Part shown: piece by piece, positions 12,920 to 24,850 of the stretch
Numbering within the stretch: position 1 is the first letter of the stretch
Layout: the number at the start of each line of letters is the position of its first letter
NCBI RefSeq assembly: GCF_963921235.1
Contig: NC_086097.1
Span: forward strand, 22,012,001 to 22,076,000
Direction of reading: 5' to 3'
Length of the DNA stretch: 64,000 nucleotides
Source: Mobula hypostoma
Taxonomy: Eukaryota
Notes under the pieces: model-generated
Seen by the model: the letters and a program-made list of their open reading frames with translations, nothing else
What the model was told of the DNA's origin: nothing
Database searches by the model: none
Position numbers and translations under genes: made by a program

Positions 12920-13446
12920 ACATAGAACATAGAAATCTACAGTACATTACAGGCCCTTTAGCCCACAATGTTGTGTCGACCATGTAACCTACTCTAGAAG
13001 CTGCCTAGAAATTCCCTAGTGCATAGTCCTCTATTTTTCTAAGCTCCATGTAACTATCTAAGAGGCTCTTAAATGACCCTATTGTATTGGCATCCACCAC
13101 CGTTGCTGGCAGTGCATTCCACGCATCCACCACTCTCTGTGTGAAAAACTTACCCCTGACATCCCCTTGGTACCCATTTCCAAGCTTCTTAAAACTATGC
13201 CCCCTCAGGCTAGCCATCTTAGCCCTGGGAAAAGGCCTCTGGCTATCCACATGATCAATGCCCTTCATCATTTTATACAGTTCTATCAAGTCACCTCTCA
13301 ATCTCCGTCGCTCCAAGGAGAAAAGGCCAAATTCACTCAATCTATTCTCTTAAGGTACACCCTCCAATCCAGACAACTAAATGAAAGTCTTTGCACTCTC
13401 TCTACAGTATCCACATCCTTCCTGTAGTGAGGTGACCAGAACTGAA
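12920..13446 (-). mobile_element. CR1 3' fragment nested in a Rex-type 3' UTR (about 12797-13650)
   Basis: ORF 13005..13340; tail acatagaacatagaa; gaatta at both junctions (12914-12919, 13444-13449). Confidence 0.85.
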
Positions 13447-13741
13447 TTAGTGCAAGAACAGTCAAAATAGTGAGTTAGTGTTCATAGGTTCAAGGACCAT
13501 TAAAAAAATTTGATGGCGGAGGGAGAAGTAGCTGTTTCTAAAATGTTGAGTGTGGATCTTCAGGCTCCTGTGTCTCCTGCCTGATGGTAGCCATGAAAAT
13601 AGGACATGTCCTGTGTAGTGGGGGTCCTTAATAGGATGCCACCTTTTTCATGTCATGCCAATGTAACAATTTGAATTGAAGCATAAAGACCAACCAACAG
13701 AACTTTAAATTTACTTCCTATTGCTACTTTAAACAGAGAGA

Positions 13742-13965
13742 AGTGAATCTGTGGAATTCTTTGCCACAAACAGCTGTGGAGGCCAAGTCTTTATGTATAT
13801 TTAAGGCCGAGGTTGATAGATTCTTGATTGGTCAGGGCATGAGGGGATACGGGGAGAAGGCAGGAGATTGGGGCCGAGAGGAAAATTGGAACAGCCATGA
13901 TGAAATGGTGGAGCAGACTTGATGGGCCAAATGGCCTAATTCTGCTCCTGTGTCTTATGGTCTTA
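13742..13965 (+). mobile_element. Short CR1 3' end
   Basis: gtgaatctgtggaattct... to a tcttatggtcttatg tail. Confidence 0.8.
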
Positions 13966-14849
13966 TGATGTTCTTGCTCAACTAAGTTATTTTTTATGAT
14001 GAGTAATCAAAGATTCCTTCATCAATAAAAGGCCAAGCATCAGTAAATTACAGAAGGAAATAAACTTTAATGAATCAAGTGTCCACTGAGACTCATATCT
14101 TCCCCTCATTCAAAGAATAAATTCAAAGGGATTTTAAATAACTTTCAAATTGTGTTAAAAACAGTTTTATCAGGATTTCCCCTGCTTTTCTATATTTCAT
14201 GATATTGAAGAACGATGCTTCAATAGGGAAAAGGCCACTTGAGACATCATAACTATCCTGGATCATTTGCGGAAGCATCCAATTAGTCCCGTTCCCTTTT
14301 ATTTTTTTACCATAGCTCATTAACTTGTGGAATAAAATGCACACTTCAGTGTCACTTAAGATTTGCAGTGCCATTCAGGAGAAAGTAGCCCATTTGGCTT
14401 CCCCATCCAACACTCTTTAAAAAAACCCCTGCCTAGCAATAAGGCCAACATGGCTACAGAGTGTATCATCTGGGCAGCAGGTGCACCCTGCAGCGATCTC
14501 CCATTGCACGCCATCCTGATATGGAAATATAATGGAGTTGCTTCATCATTGCTAGGTCTAGAACACGGAATTCTCCAGCCGTGCTGTGAAAGTACCTTCC
14601 CCCGAGGATGAGGCTCACGCTCATCTTCCCGGGAGTGGGTATGGAGAGGCAATACATGCTGCTCTTGCGGTGATGCCTAAGTCCAGGTCCAGTGATGCAA
14701 ATGAATAAAGGAAGTCTCCTTTAATTAGGAACAGTTCTCTTGTTAACGGTTTTAATGAATTTGTTTCCAGCTCCCTGTCAGAAAATAGCTCAATAACTTG
14801 TTAACTTGGAACAAATCTGGCTCAGAGAGATTTGTTATATCTGCTGTTT

Positions 14850-15952
14850 CCTGGAGCCATGAGGTAATCTTGCAGCTCTACTAAACCCTGGTAGGACCAC
14901 ATTTGAAATACTGTGGTCAGTTCTGATCACCTCGATGTGGAAACGTTAGAGACGGTGCAGAGTTTTACCGGAACGTTGCCTGGATTAGAGAGCATGCCTT
15001 ATAAGAATAGGTTGCACGAGCTAGGGCTTTTTCTGGGGGGCACTGCGTAAAGGTGTGCAAGATGATACAAGCAATAGATTGAGTGGATAGTCAGAGACAT
15101 TTTCTTAGGGTGTGGTGATGGCTTGCTCGTAATGCCACAGACGTTTAGGGCAGCAATGAAGATCTTCCATCTCTGTTTGTCCTTGGCCATCTTTTCTATT
15201 GTGTGGTTTAGGGTCCTCATTTCTGCTTTCTCTAGCTGTCTCTGAGTCCAGCCTGTTTGCCAAAGGAACACAGGCACTGAGTTTTCTCCTGCGTGTGCTG
15301 GTGTGTTTGTGATAAGTACCTGGCCATTTTTGCCAGACATGCAAGTCCCAGGTGGAGACTCAGGTATACCATTGCGCACAGATATAGGATTCTTCATTGC
15401 TGTTTCTGTAACAATGTTTTTTGACCAATCAAGGTTGTTGGCCCTGAGCTGAACCCCCAAACCTGGAGCACCAGTGCACCACTCTTAGTCTGGCCTCTAA
15501 CCCTTGATCTGTTTGGCATGGTGACCCTACCAAGAGCCACAGCACAAGACGCTGACTCCAGCCAACATAGCTCTCCGGGTCATTGAGGTACGCAAGCCTC
15601 CAGACCTTATGGCAAGATTGTAGTCCTCTTGGTGGTTTTCTCAGGCTGGAAATGGCTAATTTGAGGGTATAATTTTAAGGTGACCGGAGGAAAGTACAAA
15701 GAGGAGGAGCTGTCAGAAGTAAGTTTTTTATTCTGAGAGTGTTGGGTTCATGGAAAGCTCTACGAGGGGTGGTGAGAGAGGCAGAGACATTAGAGGCGTT
15801 TAAGAAACTTTCAGATAGGCATGCAGATGATTGAAAAAAATGGGGGGCTATGTCGGAGGGATGGGTTAGATTGATCTTAGTGTAGGTTAAAAGACCAGCA
15901 CAACATCATGGGTCTAAGGGATTGAACTGTGCTGTAAAGTTCTATGTTCTAT
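14850..15952 (+). mobile_element. Old CR1 3' fragment split by an RTE-derived insertion
   Basis: CR1 ORF2 C-terminal sequence on both sides of 15113-15635; ttctatgttctatg tail. Confidence 0.8.
15113..15635 (-). mobile_element. Short bipartite RTE-derived element (5' UTR joined to ORF C-terminus and 3' end)
   Basis: Minus strand encodes TIEKMAKDKQRWKIFIAAL (RTE-like C-terminus); degenerate 13-bp TSD ttttcttagggtg / ttttctcaggctg; paralog at 20455-20784. Confidence 0.75.
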
Positions 15953-17151
15953 GATTGGAGGATGTAAAATTATGAGGGGTATAGACAGGATAATCTGCAG
16001 GAAAGGTTTCCCCAGAGGTAGATAAACTAAAGGACATAGGTTTTGGGGGTAACAAGAAAAAGATTTAGAGGGCACCTAGGGAAACCTTTATCCCCCGGGG
16101 TGGAAGCGCTTACAGGAGATACATTAGAAAGATTTACGGGACTCTTAGATATACACATGAATGAAAGAAAAATCGAGGACTCTGTGGGAGGGAAGGATTA
16201 GATTGATGTTGGAAAGTGTTGGAGCTACATCAAGGTGCTTGGAAGTGAATTAAGTGCCTCTCACCCTGCAATCAAGGAAGTAGTTACACAGTTCAGGACA
16301 AAGAGAGCTGGTTTAAACAAGAAAGCTCTTTTAACACAGCTGTTAACAAATGTTATGGGAAAATAAATATTTAATGCAGACTATATTGTGAAATTCAGAA
16401 ATGCTAATGATATGGCTGTCAGCTCCATGAAAATTTATTTTAATGGCTATGTTTCTTCAATTAACATGACTGTTTAGACATAAGCTTTCAGAAGTTTAAT
16501 GCTTTGTTGGATATATTAGCATATTTTATAAGCTGCAGTCATGGGGAATTAGACTGTAAGGGTTTCTCTCAGATGGAACAATTAGGAGAATGCTTTTGTA
16601 GCTATATAAAGTGCTGAACATTTCAGAAGTAAATACAATAACATTGGCAAACTGCAGCATGTGGTTAGGTCAGACACAATCTAAGGTAATGTAATTGGAG
16701 GTCATGTGATCCTCCAGCCATCGACCAACCCACAACTCATCCACCTGAGCCTCGAGCCTTGATTTGAGAAGCTGCTGCCCACAACTGGCTCCGTTGGCGC
16801 TGGAATTATGGGGACGCCTGCAGGCTGCCCCCAGGACGACCTGATGCAAACGACACATTTTGCTTTATGTTTTAATGTACATGTGAAAAATAAAGTCCTA
16901 ATCTTTATCTTTAATTCCAAAGCACTTGAGCAGACAACATGAATTGGCATGGTCTGCTGACATCTAGAAGGCCACCCTCTGGATAGGCTAAGGACTTAAG
17001 AACTTCACAGGCTGTGAAGACACTCCTGAACCCTTCCTAATTAACCATTCTTATATGCAAGACAGCAATATACAACCTCCTATGTAATGGGTAATTGCAA
17101 CATATATGCTTGTATATATGGACCACACTACACAGTAAGAATAAATTTACC

Positions 17152-17600
17152 AGTCTTCTTCAAGGGTCTTGGCCTTGTCATGGTGGAGAAGCATGGGAGT
17201 TCCTGAGATCCCCAGAGTGATACCGTGTGGAGTTTAACTATCTGGTGCTTAGTTCCTGGTTGGGTCACCCATGGTGGTAAGGTCAAGGGAGAGGTTCCAA
17301 AGATCAATCCAACCAAGATATTGGTGGTAGAGCTGATGGAAGGCGATGACACGTCACAACAGTGGTGAAGACAGAGGAAGGCTCCAGCAATGAAGGGGCT
17401 CCAGTTGTCTTGCACCCTGTGCCACTGGATCCTGACCCGGAACTCCCATGGATTATGGGTGGATGTCCGCACATCAGCTTCCCCATGTTAAATAAAGTCA
17501 TGCTCAATCATTCTTTATTAAGGGTATCCACCTAAACATTCTGGAGTTCTGTGGAGCCCAGATAGGCATCTGTAGCCACCTGTGGACTCACCAATAGACA
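17152..17600 (+). mobile_element. RTE-type 5' UTR-like short element
   Basis: gccttgtcatggtggag...ggtcacccatggtggtaaggtcaaggg resembles the 5' region of the 15.1 kb and 20.5 kb elements. Confidence 0.55.
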
Positions 17601-18596
17601 ACCCCATAGGAGAACATCATACTCAATGTGAGTGATTGTACTGCTACCTACCAATGATTATCAATACTTTTTTAAATGCATTCTTTTTCCTGGATTTCCT
17701 GCTCTTAAACCGAGGCTTGCCAGATGACTTCAAAGGACAAATTGATGTCAACTATATTGAGGTTTACTTGAAGGCTTAAAAAAAAGATAGGTTTTCGCTA
17801 TTAAGCCAATCTTAACCTTCAAACCCTCAACTGTAGCTGGCAAAAGCTGTGCTAGTGGGATGATGAATTTTGCCATTTCCGTGTCTGCCTTTGCCTAAGA
17901 GGGGCTCCTGTGATATAGGGAATGATCCATGTTCTGCTGGGTCTTGTCATGGAGCTTTAATATTAGAGAGAAATAAGGCTATAAGACATAATTGGGCCAT
18001 TCAGCCCTTCCAGCTTGTCATTTTGTCAAGGATGATTTATTATTCTTCTCAAACCCATTCACCTGCCTTTTCTCCATAACCTTTGACACCCCGGGGGGAT
18101 AAAGCTTCTTGTAGTCTGAGGCTATGCTCTCTTGTCCTACACTGTCCCACAGGAATGATACAGTGAACACAGTTAAGTTGAAGACCATTGCTTTGTGAAT
18201 GTTCAGTGTAAGACACGTTCACTTGCATGCTTCAGTGAGCCAGTCAACAAAACTAGGAGCTTGACCTTTGAATGAAAACATTTGAAAGCATTGATGTACT
18301 GCACTTTAATGACTGAGGTTGATATGAACTTGGATCTGAAGTTGAGACAATATTGGTCGAACAATTTTCACAAAGATTAGCTCCTCTCCAGCAGGAAGCT
18401 TATTGGAGGATGAGGTGAAGAACTGTGAGGATAAAATGCCCATATCCCTCCATTCTCTGCATTGGTGGATGCGAATTCAATCTGAACATCTAAGGATAAG
18501 CACATCTAAGAATCATGAATGGGGAGGGTATGGAGTTCAGGTTGATGGAAATAGGCAGAATAATAGTAAAACACAAACTAGATGGGCTGAAGGGAA

Positions 18597-19049
18597 ATGC
18601 AAACAACAGGAATTCTGCAGATGCTGGAAATTCAAGCAACATACATCAAAGTTGCTGGTGAACGCAGCAGGCCAAGCAGCATCTATAGGAAGAGGTGCAG
18701 TCGACGTTTCAGGCCGAGACCCTTCGTCAGGACTAACTGAAGGAAGAGTGAGTAAGGGATTTGAAAGTGGGAGGGGGAGGGGGAGATCCAAAATGACAGG
18801 AGAAGACAGGAGGGGGAGGGATAGAGCCAAGAGCTGGACAGGTGATAGGCAAAAGGGGATACGAGAGGATCATGGGACAGGAGGTCCGGGAAGAAAGACA
18901 AGGGGGGGGGTGACCCAGAGGATGGGCAAGAGGTATATTCAGAGGGACAGAGGGAGAAAAAGGAGAGTGAGAGAAAGAATGTGTGCATAAAAATGAGTAA
19001 CAGATGGGGTACGAGGGGGAGGTGGGGCCTTAGCGGAAGTTAGAGAAGT
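18597..19049 (-). mobile_element. Penelope-like terminal repeat (little-decayed copy) inserted in a CR1 tail
   Basis: Homologous to other PLE 3' ends in the window; interrupts gggctgaaggg...ctgtttctgtg of a CR1 3' UTR. Confidence 0.8.
18699..18734 (-). ncRNA. Minimal type I hammerhead ribozyme
   Basis: Minus strand AGUC-CUGACGA-AGG(GUCUCGG)CCU-GAAA-C-GUC-GACU: complete core, stem I AGUC/GACU, stem II AGG/CCU, GUC cleavage triplet. Confidence 0.85.
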
Positions 19050-19299
19050 GGGCTGGTCTGTTTCTGTGTTATAGTGCTCAATAACTTTATGAAAAAGCTT
19101 TCTTTTTTAATGACCCAGCCTTTCTTGCGAGGGTCTGCAGTGACAGTAGTGATATGCTGAATTGAACTGCATTGTCAACTTCTTTTTAGCAATCATTCCA
19201 ATATTTATGAGCTTCCTTCCCCACTTCTCTTTGATTTATCTGCCTGATCCCTTTTGAACTCTTGGGGATTGGTTTCAGTTCACGGAGCCCTTCAGTTCA

Positions 19300-19886
19300 A
19301 CTGCAAGAAGCAGGATTTCCCATTTTGATTCTACTTCCCATTCCCATTCCAACATGTTGGTCCATGGGTTCCTCTACTGCCATGAAGAGGCAACTCTCAC
19401 TTGGGAAGAGCAAAACTTCGTAGTTCATCTGAGTAGTCTCCAACCTGACAGCATGAACACCAACACCGATTTCTCCAACTTCTGGTAGTCTACCCCACCT
19501 TCTCTCTCTATCCATTCCCCATTCAGACTCCCCTCCCAAACCTTCCTTTCTCCTTATCTGCCTATCACCTCCCTCTGGTGCCCCTCCTCCTTCCCATTCT
19601 CCCATGGCCCACTGTCCTCTCGTATCAGATTTGTTCTTCTTCTGCCTTTTACCTTCTCCACCTAACACCTCCCAGCTTCTTTCTCTATCCCCCACCTCCC
19701 AACCCACCCATCTCTCTCCTCACCGGGCTTCACCTCTCACTTGCCAGCTGGTACTCCTTCCACCTTCCTCCACCTTCTTATTCTGGCTTTTCCCCCCTTC
19801 CATTCCTGTCCTGATGAAATGTCGACTCTTTACTCCTCTCCACGGATGCTGCCTGCTTTGCTGAGTTCCTCCTGCATTTTGTGTGA
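19300..19886 (+). mobile_element. Penelope-like 3' fragment (GIY-YIG C-terminus and terminal repeat)
   Basis: Colinear with about 30990-31460; hammerhead with stem II deleted at 19808-19826. Confidence 0.8.
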
Positions 19887-20454
19887 GTTACTCTTGAGTA
19901 CCAGATGTGGTTGCCTTAACTCCATCTCTCAAGAGGCAGAAGCTGAAAAGTGCTTGCCTCCACAATAACCTTTCCTGGCAAAAAATAGTGAATAAACACA
20001 ATAGATGAACAGCCACATTTGCAATAACAAAGACATGATTCTCATATTTAATAACCAACTTTGGAGATTGATTTCAAGGCTGCAATCTGATCTCACTGCT
20101 CAGATGGTTGATGTAGACTGCTCAGAGCTAAACCCTTCAGAGACTAGCCACAAAGTCTAACGTATCACTTTCAGCTCTCTTGTAACATTGCAGAAACAAA
20201 GCTGAATCCGTAACATGAATCCTGGGGAGGTGAGAACACATGTGGTTTCACTTCAGTTCCTTTGTCTCCTCAGATACAACTCACTGAGTTTCTTAATGAA
20301 TTATCCTGCAAGAGGTGGTGTTAAGTAATGTTACGATTCAGCCTTGGAACAATGAACTGTTTGATTTTAAGTGGGCCCTTGTGTTCCAGATTAAATGTGG
20401 CCACCAGGCTCTTGCTGCTACTCTTCCGCACCAATTTGGCAGCTGGATGTACTT

Positions 20455-20784
20455 TGAGGTGTATGCTGCTGGTGTTTAGGGCAGCAAAAAAGATCCTCTA
20501 TCTTTGCCTGTCTACACCATCGCTCACATATAAAAAGGGATTCTTCATTGCTGTTTCCGTAACAATTTTTTTTTGACCAGTTAGGATTGTTAGCCCTGAA
20601 CTGAATCCCCAAACCTGGAGGACCGGTGGACTACTCCTAGTCTGGTCTCTACCCTTTCACTTGTTTGGCATGGGTGACCCTACCAAGAGCCAAAGCACAA
20701 GGCCCTGACTCCAGCCAACATAGCTCTCTGGATTATTGAGGCAAGCCTCCAAACCCTACAACAAGGTTGTGGTCCTCTTGGAGA
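20455..20784 (-). mobile_element. Short bipartite RTE-derived element, shorter variant
   Basis: About 250 bp highly similar to 15385-15635 plus a short RTE-like 3' end; lacks the middle segment of the 15.1 kb copy. Confidence 0.7.
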
Positions 20785-21145
20785 TGTGAATCTTAAGAGT
20801 TTCCCATTTTCATGGGGAGTGCAGACTTTACCCAGCCTGCTCATCTATCTTGAATGCATGTACTGATCCAGTACTAAAATCCCTGTGCACAGGAGAACTG
20901 CCACTGGCTTAGCACCTTTTAGCTATTTGTCTAAACACATTCTATCTCATAGTGAGGACAGATTGATATACTATGGAGATACTGACAGGAACAGAGGAGG
21001 CAAATCTCCCAGGAACAATTCTTTGTCCTGTGCAATAAAAATAATTTTTTAACATCACTCAGAGAAATTCACCATGCAGAAGTTATTTGGACCATTGTGT
21101 TGATACTAGAGGAGTAAAAACAATCATAGTCAAACTAATTTAACC

Positions 21146-21372
21146 TTGGTTCAATTCCTGCCATTGCCTGTAAGGCGTTTGTATGTTCTCCCCATGACCA
21201 CTCTGGTTTCCTCCCGCAGTCCAAAGACATTCCAGTTGGTAGGTTAATTGGGGCTTTGTAAATTGTCCCATGATTAGACTAGCATTGTTGGGCAGCATGG
21301 CTCAAAGGAGAGGGAGGGGCTATACTGTGTTGTATCTGAATGAATGAATGAATGAACGAATAAATAAATAAA
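21146..21372 (+). mobile_element. V-SINE-like (HE1-type) SINE
   Basis: B-box-like ggttcaattcc, V-domain-like tgtatgttctcccc...ggtttcctccc...ccaaagac...ggttaattgg, (gaat)n(aaat)n tail. Confidence 0.7.
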
Positions 21373-21546
21373 TACATTGAATATCAAAGCATGCATGCTC
21401 CCATATACGACCTTCAGATTTATTTTCTTGTAGGCATTTCAGGAAAATAAAGAAATACAATAGGATTTATGAGAAAGACGTATAGAATGACAAACAATTA
21501 ATGTGTCAAAGAAGACAAATTAAGCAAATAAAAAACAATAATGTTG

Positions 21547-23516
21547 AAAGTGGCTCACCTGAGGACTGGGAGAAATTCAGAGTTCAGCAGAGGAGGACAA
21601 AGGGCTTAATTAGGAAGGGGAAAAAAGATTATGAGAGAAAACTGGCAGAGAACATAAAAACGGACTGTAAAAGCTTTTATAGATATGTAAAAAGGAAAAG
21701 ACTGATAAAGACAAATATAGGTCCCCTGCAAACAGAAACAGGTGAATTGATTATGGGGAGCAAGGACATGGCAGACCAATTGAATAATTACTTTGGTTCT
21801 GTCTTCACTAAGGAGGACATAAATAATCTTCCAGAAATAGTAAGGGACAGAGGGTCCAGTGAGATGGAGGAACTGAGCGAAATACATGTTAGTAGGGAAG
21901 TGGTGTTAGGTAAATTGAAGGGATTGAAGGCAGATAAATCCCCAGGGCCAGATGGTCTGCATCCCAGAGTGCTTAAGGAAGTGGCCCAAGAAATAGTGGA
22001 TGCATTAGTGATAATTTTTCAAAACTCGTTAGATTCTGGACTAGTTCCTGAGGATTGGAGGGTGGCTAATGTAACCCCACTTTTTAAAAAAGGAGGGAGA
22101 GAGAAACCGGGGAATTATAGGCCGGTTAGCCTAACGTCGGTGGTGGGGAAACTGCTGGAGTCAGTTATCAAGGATGTGATAACAGCACATTTGGAAAGCG
22201 GTGAAATGATCGGACAAAGTCAGCATGGATTTGTGAAAGGAAAATCATGTCTGACGAATCTCATAGAATTTTTTGAGGATGTAACTAGTAGAGTGGATAG
22301 GGGAGAACCAGTGGATGTGGTATATTTGGATTTTCAAAAGGCTTTTGACAAGGTCCCACACAGGAGATTAGTGTGCAAACTTAAAGCACACGGTATTGGG
22401 GGTAAGGTATTGGTGTGGGTGGAGAATTGGTTGGCAGACAGGAAGCAAAGAGTGGGAATAAACGGGACCTTTTCAGAATGGCAGGCGGTGACTAGTGGGG
22501 TACCGCAAGGCTCAGTGCTGGGACCCCAGTTGTTTACAATATATATTAATGACTTGGATGAGGGAATTAAATGCAGCATCTCCAAGTTTGCGGATGACAC
22601 AAAGCTGGGTGGCAGTGTTAGCAGTGAGGAGGATGCTAAGAGGATGCAGGGTGACTTGGATAGGTTGGGTGAGTGGGCAAACTCATGGCAGATGCAATTT
22701 AATGTGGATAAATGTGAAGTTATCCACTTTGGTGGCAAAAATAGGAAAACAGATTATTATCTGAATGGTGGCCGATTAGGAAAAGGGGAGGTGCAACGAG
22801 ACCTGGGTGTCATTATACACCAGTCATTGAAAGTGGGCATGCAGGTACAGCAGGCGGTGAAAAAGGCGAACGGTATGCTGGCATTTATAGCGAGAGGATT
22901 CGAGTACAGGAGCAGGGAGGTACTACTGCAGTTGTACAAGGCCTTGGTGAGACCACACCTGGAGTATTGTGTGCAGTTTTGGTCCCCTAATCTGAGGAAA
23001 GACATCTTTGCCATAGAGGGAGTACAAAGAAGGTTCACCAGATTGATTCCTGGGATGGCAGGTCTTTCATATGAAGAAAGACTGGATGAACTGGGCTTGT
23101 ACTCGTTGGAATTTAGAAGATTGAGGGGGGATCTGATTGAAACGTATAAGATCCTAAAGGGATTGGACAGGCTAGATGCGGGAAGATTGTTCCCGATGTT
23201 GGGGAGGTCTAGAACGAGGGGTCACAGTTTGAGGATAGAGGGGAAGCCTTTTAGGACCGAGGTTAGGAAAAACTTCTTCACACAGAGAGTGGTGAATCTG
23301 TGGAATTCTCTGCCACAGCAAACTGTTGAGGCCAGTTCATTAGCTATGTTTAAAAGGAAGTTAGATATGGCCCTTGTGGCTACAGGGGTCAGGGGGTATG
23401 GAGGGAAGGCTGGGTTCTGAGTTGGATGATCAGCCATGATCATAATAAATGGCGGTGCAGGCTCGAAGGGCCGAATGGCCTACTCCTGCACCTATTTTCT
23501 ATGTTTCTATGTTTCT
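21547..23516 (+). mobile_element. Young 5'-truncated CR1 LINE with an uninterrupted RT-to-C-terminus reading frame
   Basis: ORF 21501..23420 (first ~15 aa from flank) with [24 protein letters not shown]; 3' hairpin 23454-23492; (ctatgttt)n tail; no endonuclease domain. Confidence 0.95.
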
Positions 23517-24029
23517 AAAACGTAAGTTGTAGAGTCCTTGAAAGTGAGTGTGTAGATTGTGAATCAGTTCAAAGTTGTGAATGAAGTTATCCACGCTGGT
23601 TCAGGAGCATGATGGTTGGATGGAAATAACAGTTGCTGAAGCAGGTGGGGTGGGATCTCAGGCTCCTGCACCTCCTACCTGAGGACAGATGTGAGTAGAG
23701 AGGATGGCATGGGTGGTGGGCATGCTTGGTGACGGATGCTGCTTTCTTGTAGCAGTCCTCCTTGTAAATATACTCATTACGACAGCTTCCAGCACTCAGT
23801 CCATAGCCATGAAGTCACACTCTTGCAGTATACATCCAAGTACTGTTAAAATGTGATGACAGGTCTCTGGCTCTGCTGCCCTCTGAGGAAAAAGTGATTC
23901 CCCATCTCCTCTCCAATCCTTCCTCCAGTTACTTTCAAATCTACACAGCCTCAGTTTTGACCCCTCTGAATGAGGGCAGCTTCAACAATACTCAAGAAGC
24001 TTGACATAATAAGGACATAGCAGCTCAAT

Positions 24030-24850
24030 TAGTGGGCAACTTATCCATTCACCACTTCACCATCAATGCACAGGAGCAGCAGTATGTACCACCTATAGGA
24101 TACACAATAGCTGACTCACCAAGATTCTGTAGACAGCACCTTACAAACTCTACTAGTTGGGACAAGGACACCAAAAGCATGGGAACATTACTACCTGGAA
24201 ATTGCCCTCCAAGCCCCACGCCATCCTGACTTGAAAAAATATCATTGTTCCTTCACATTGACAGCTGGAAGATTGGGGTTCAGTTCCCAATCAGTATGTA
24301 AGGAGGTTACATGTTCTCTCCATCACCGTGTGGGTTTCCTCCTACATTTCAAAGACATGTAGGTGAGGGTTAGTGAGTTGTGGACATGTTACATTGGCAC
24401 TGGAAGCATGGTGACACTTCCGGTCTGCCCAGCACAATCTTCATTGATTTGATCCAATGCAATGGCACGTTACACTGCATGTTTCAACATACTTGTGAAA
24501 AATAAAGCTAATTTTTATAAAGCAATTCTTTATCTTTTTTCTCTTCATAGACAGCACCTTCCAAACCCACAAACTCTACCAGTTAGAAGAACAAGGATAC
24601 CAAAAACATGGCAACACCGTCATTTAGAAGTTGCCCTGCAAGCCACACACCATCCTGACTTGTAAATGTATCATCATTCCTTCACTGCTGCAGGGTCAGA
24701 ATTCTGGAACTACCTCCCTAAAAGCATTGTGGTTGCACCTGCACCTCAAGTAGGGTGGCGGTTCACCGCTCACGAGTAATAAGGGATGGGAAAATACTAC
24801 AGATACAAGCTCAGCCTGTGAAGCTCCCGTCCTTTAAATAAATGAATAAA
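24030..24850 (+). mobile_element. LINE-type 3' region split by a V-SINE-like element (about 24275-24530)
   Basis: catcctgacttg...ttccttcac motif also at about 14510; ends aataaatgaataaa. Confidence 0.5.

Noticed and set aside
18597..19886. Inverted pair of Penelope ends as one inverted-repeat element
   Set aside because: The copies differ in subfamily and decay, and the left one is separately nested in a CR1 tail
21501..23420. 639-aa ORF as a host gene or a retron/DGR-type RT system
   Set aside because: It is CR1 ORF2; the ATG comes from flanking repeat sequence, and near-identical paralogs occur in the window
22334..23443. Recurrent antisense ORFs in CR1 copies (also near 35799, 36222, 47370)
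   Set aside because: Shadow frames of ORF2, repeated because the copies are nearly identical
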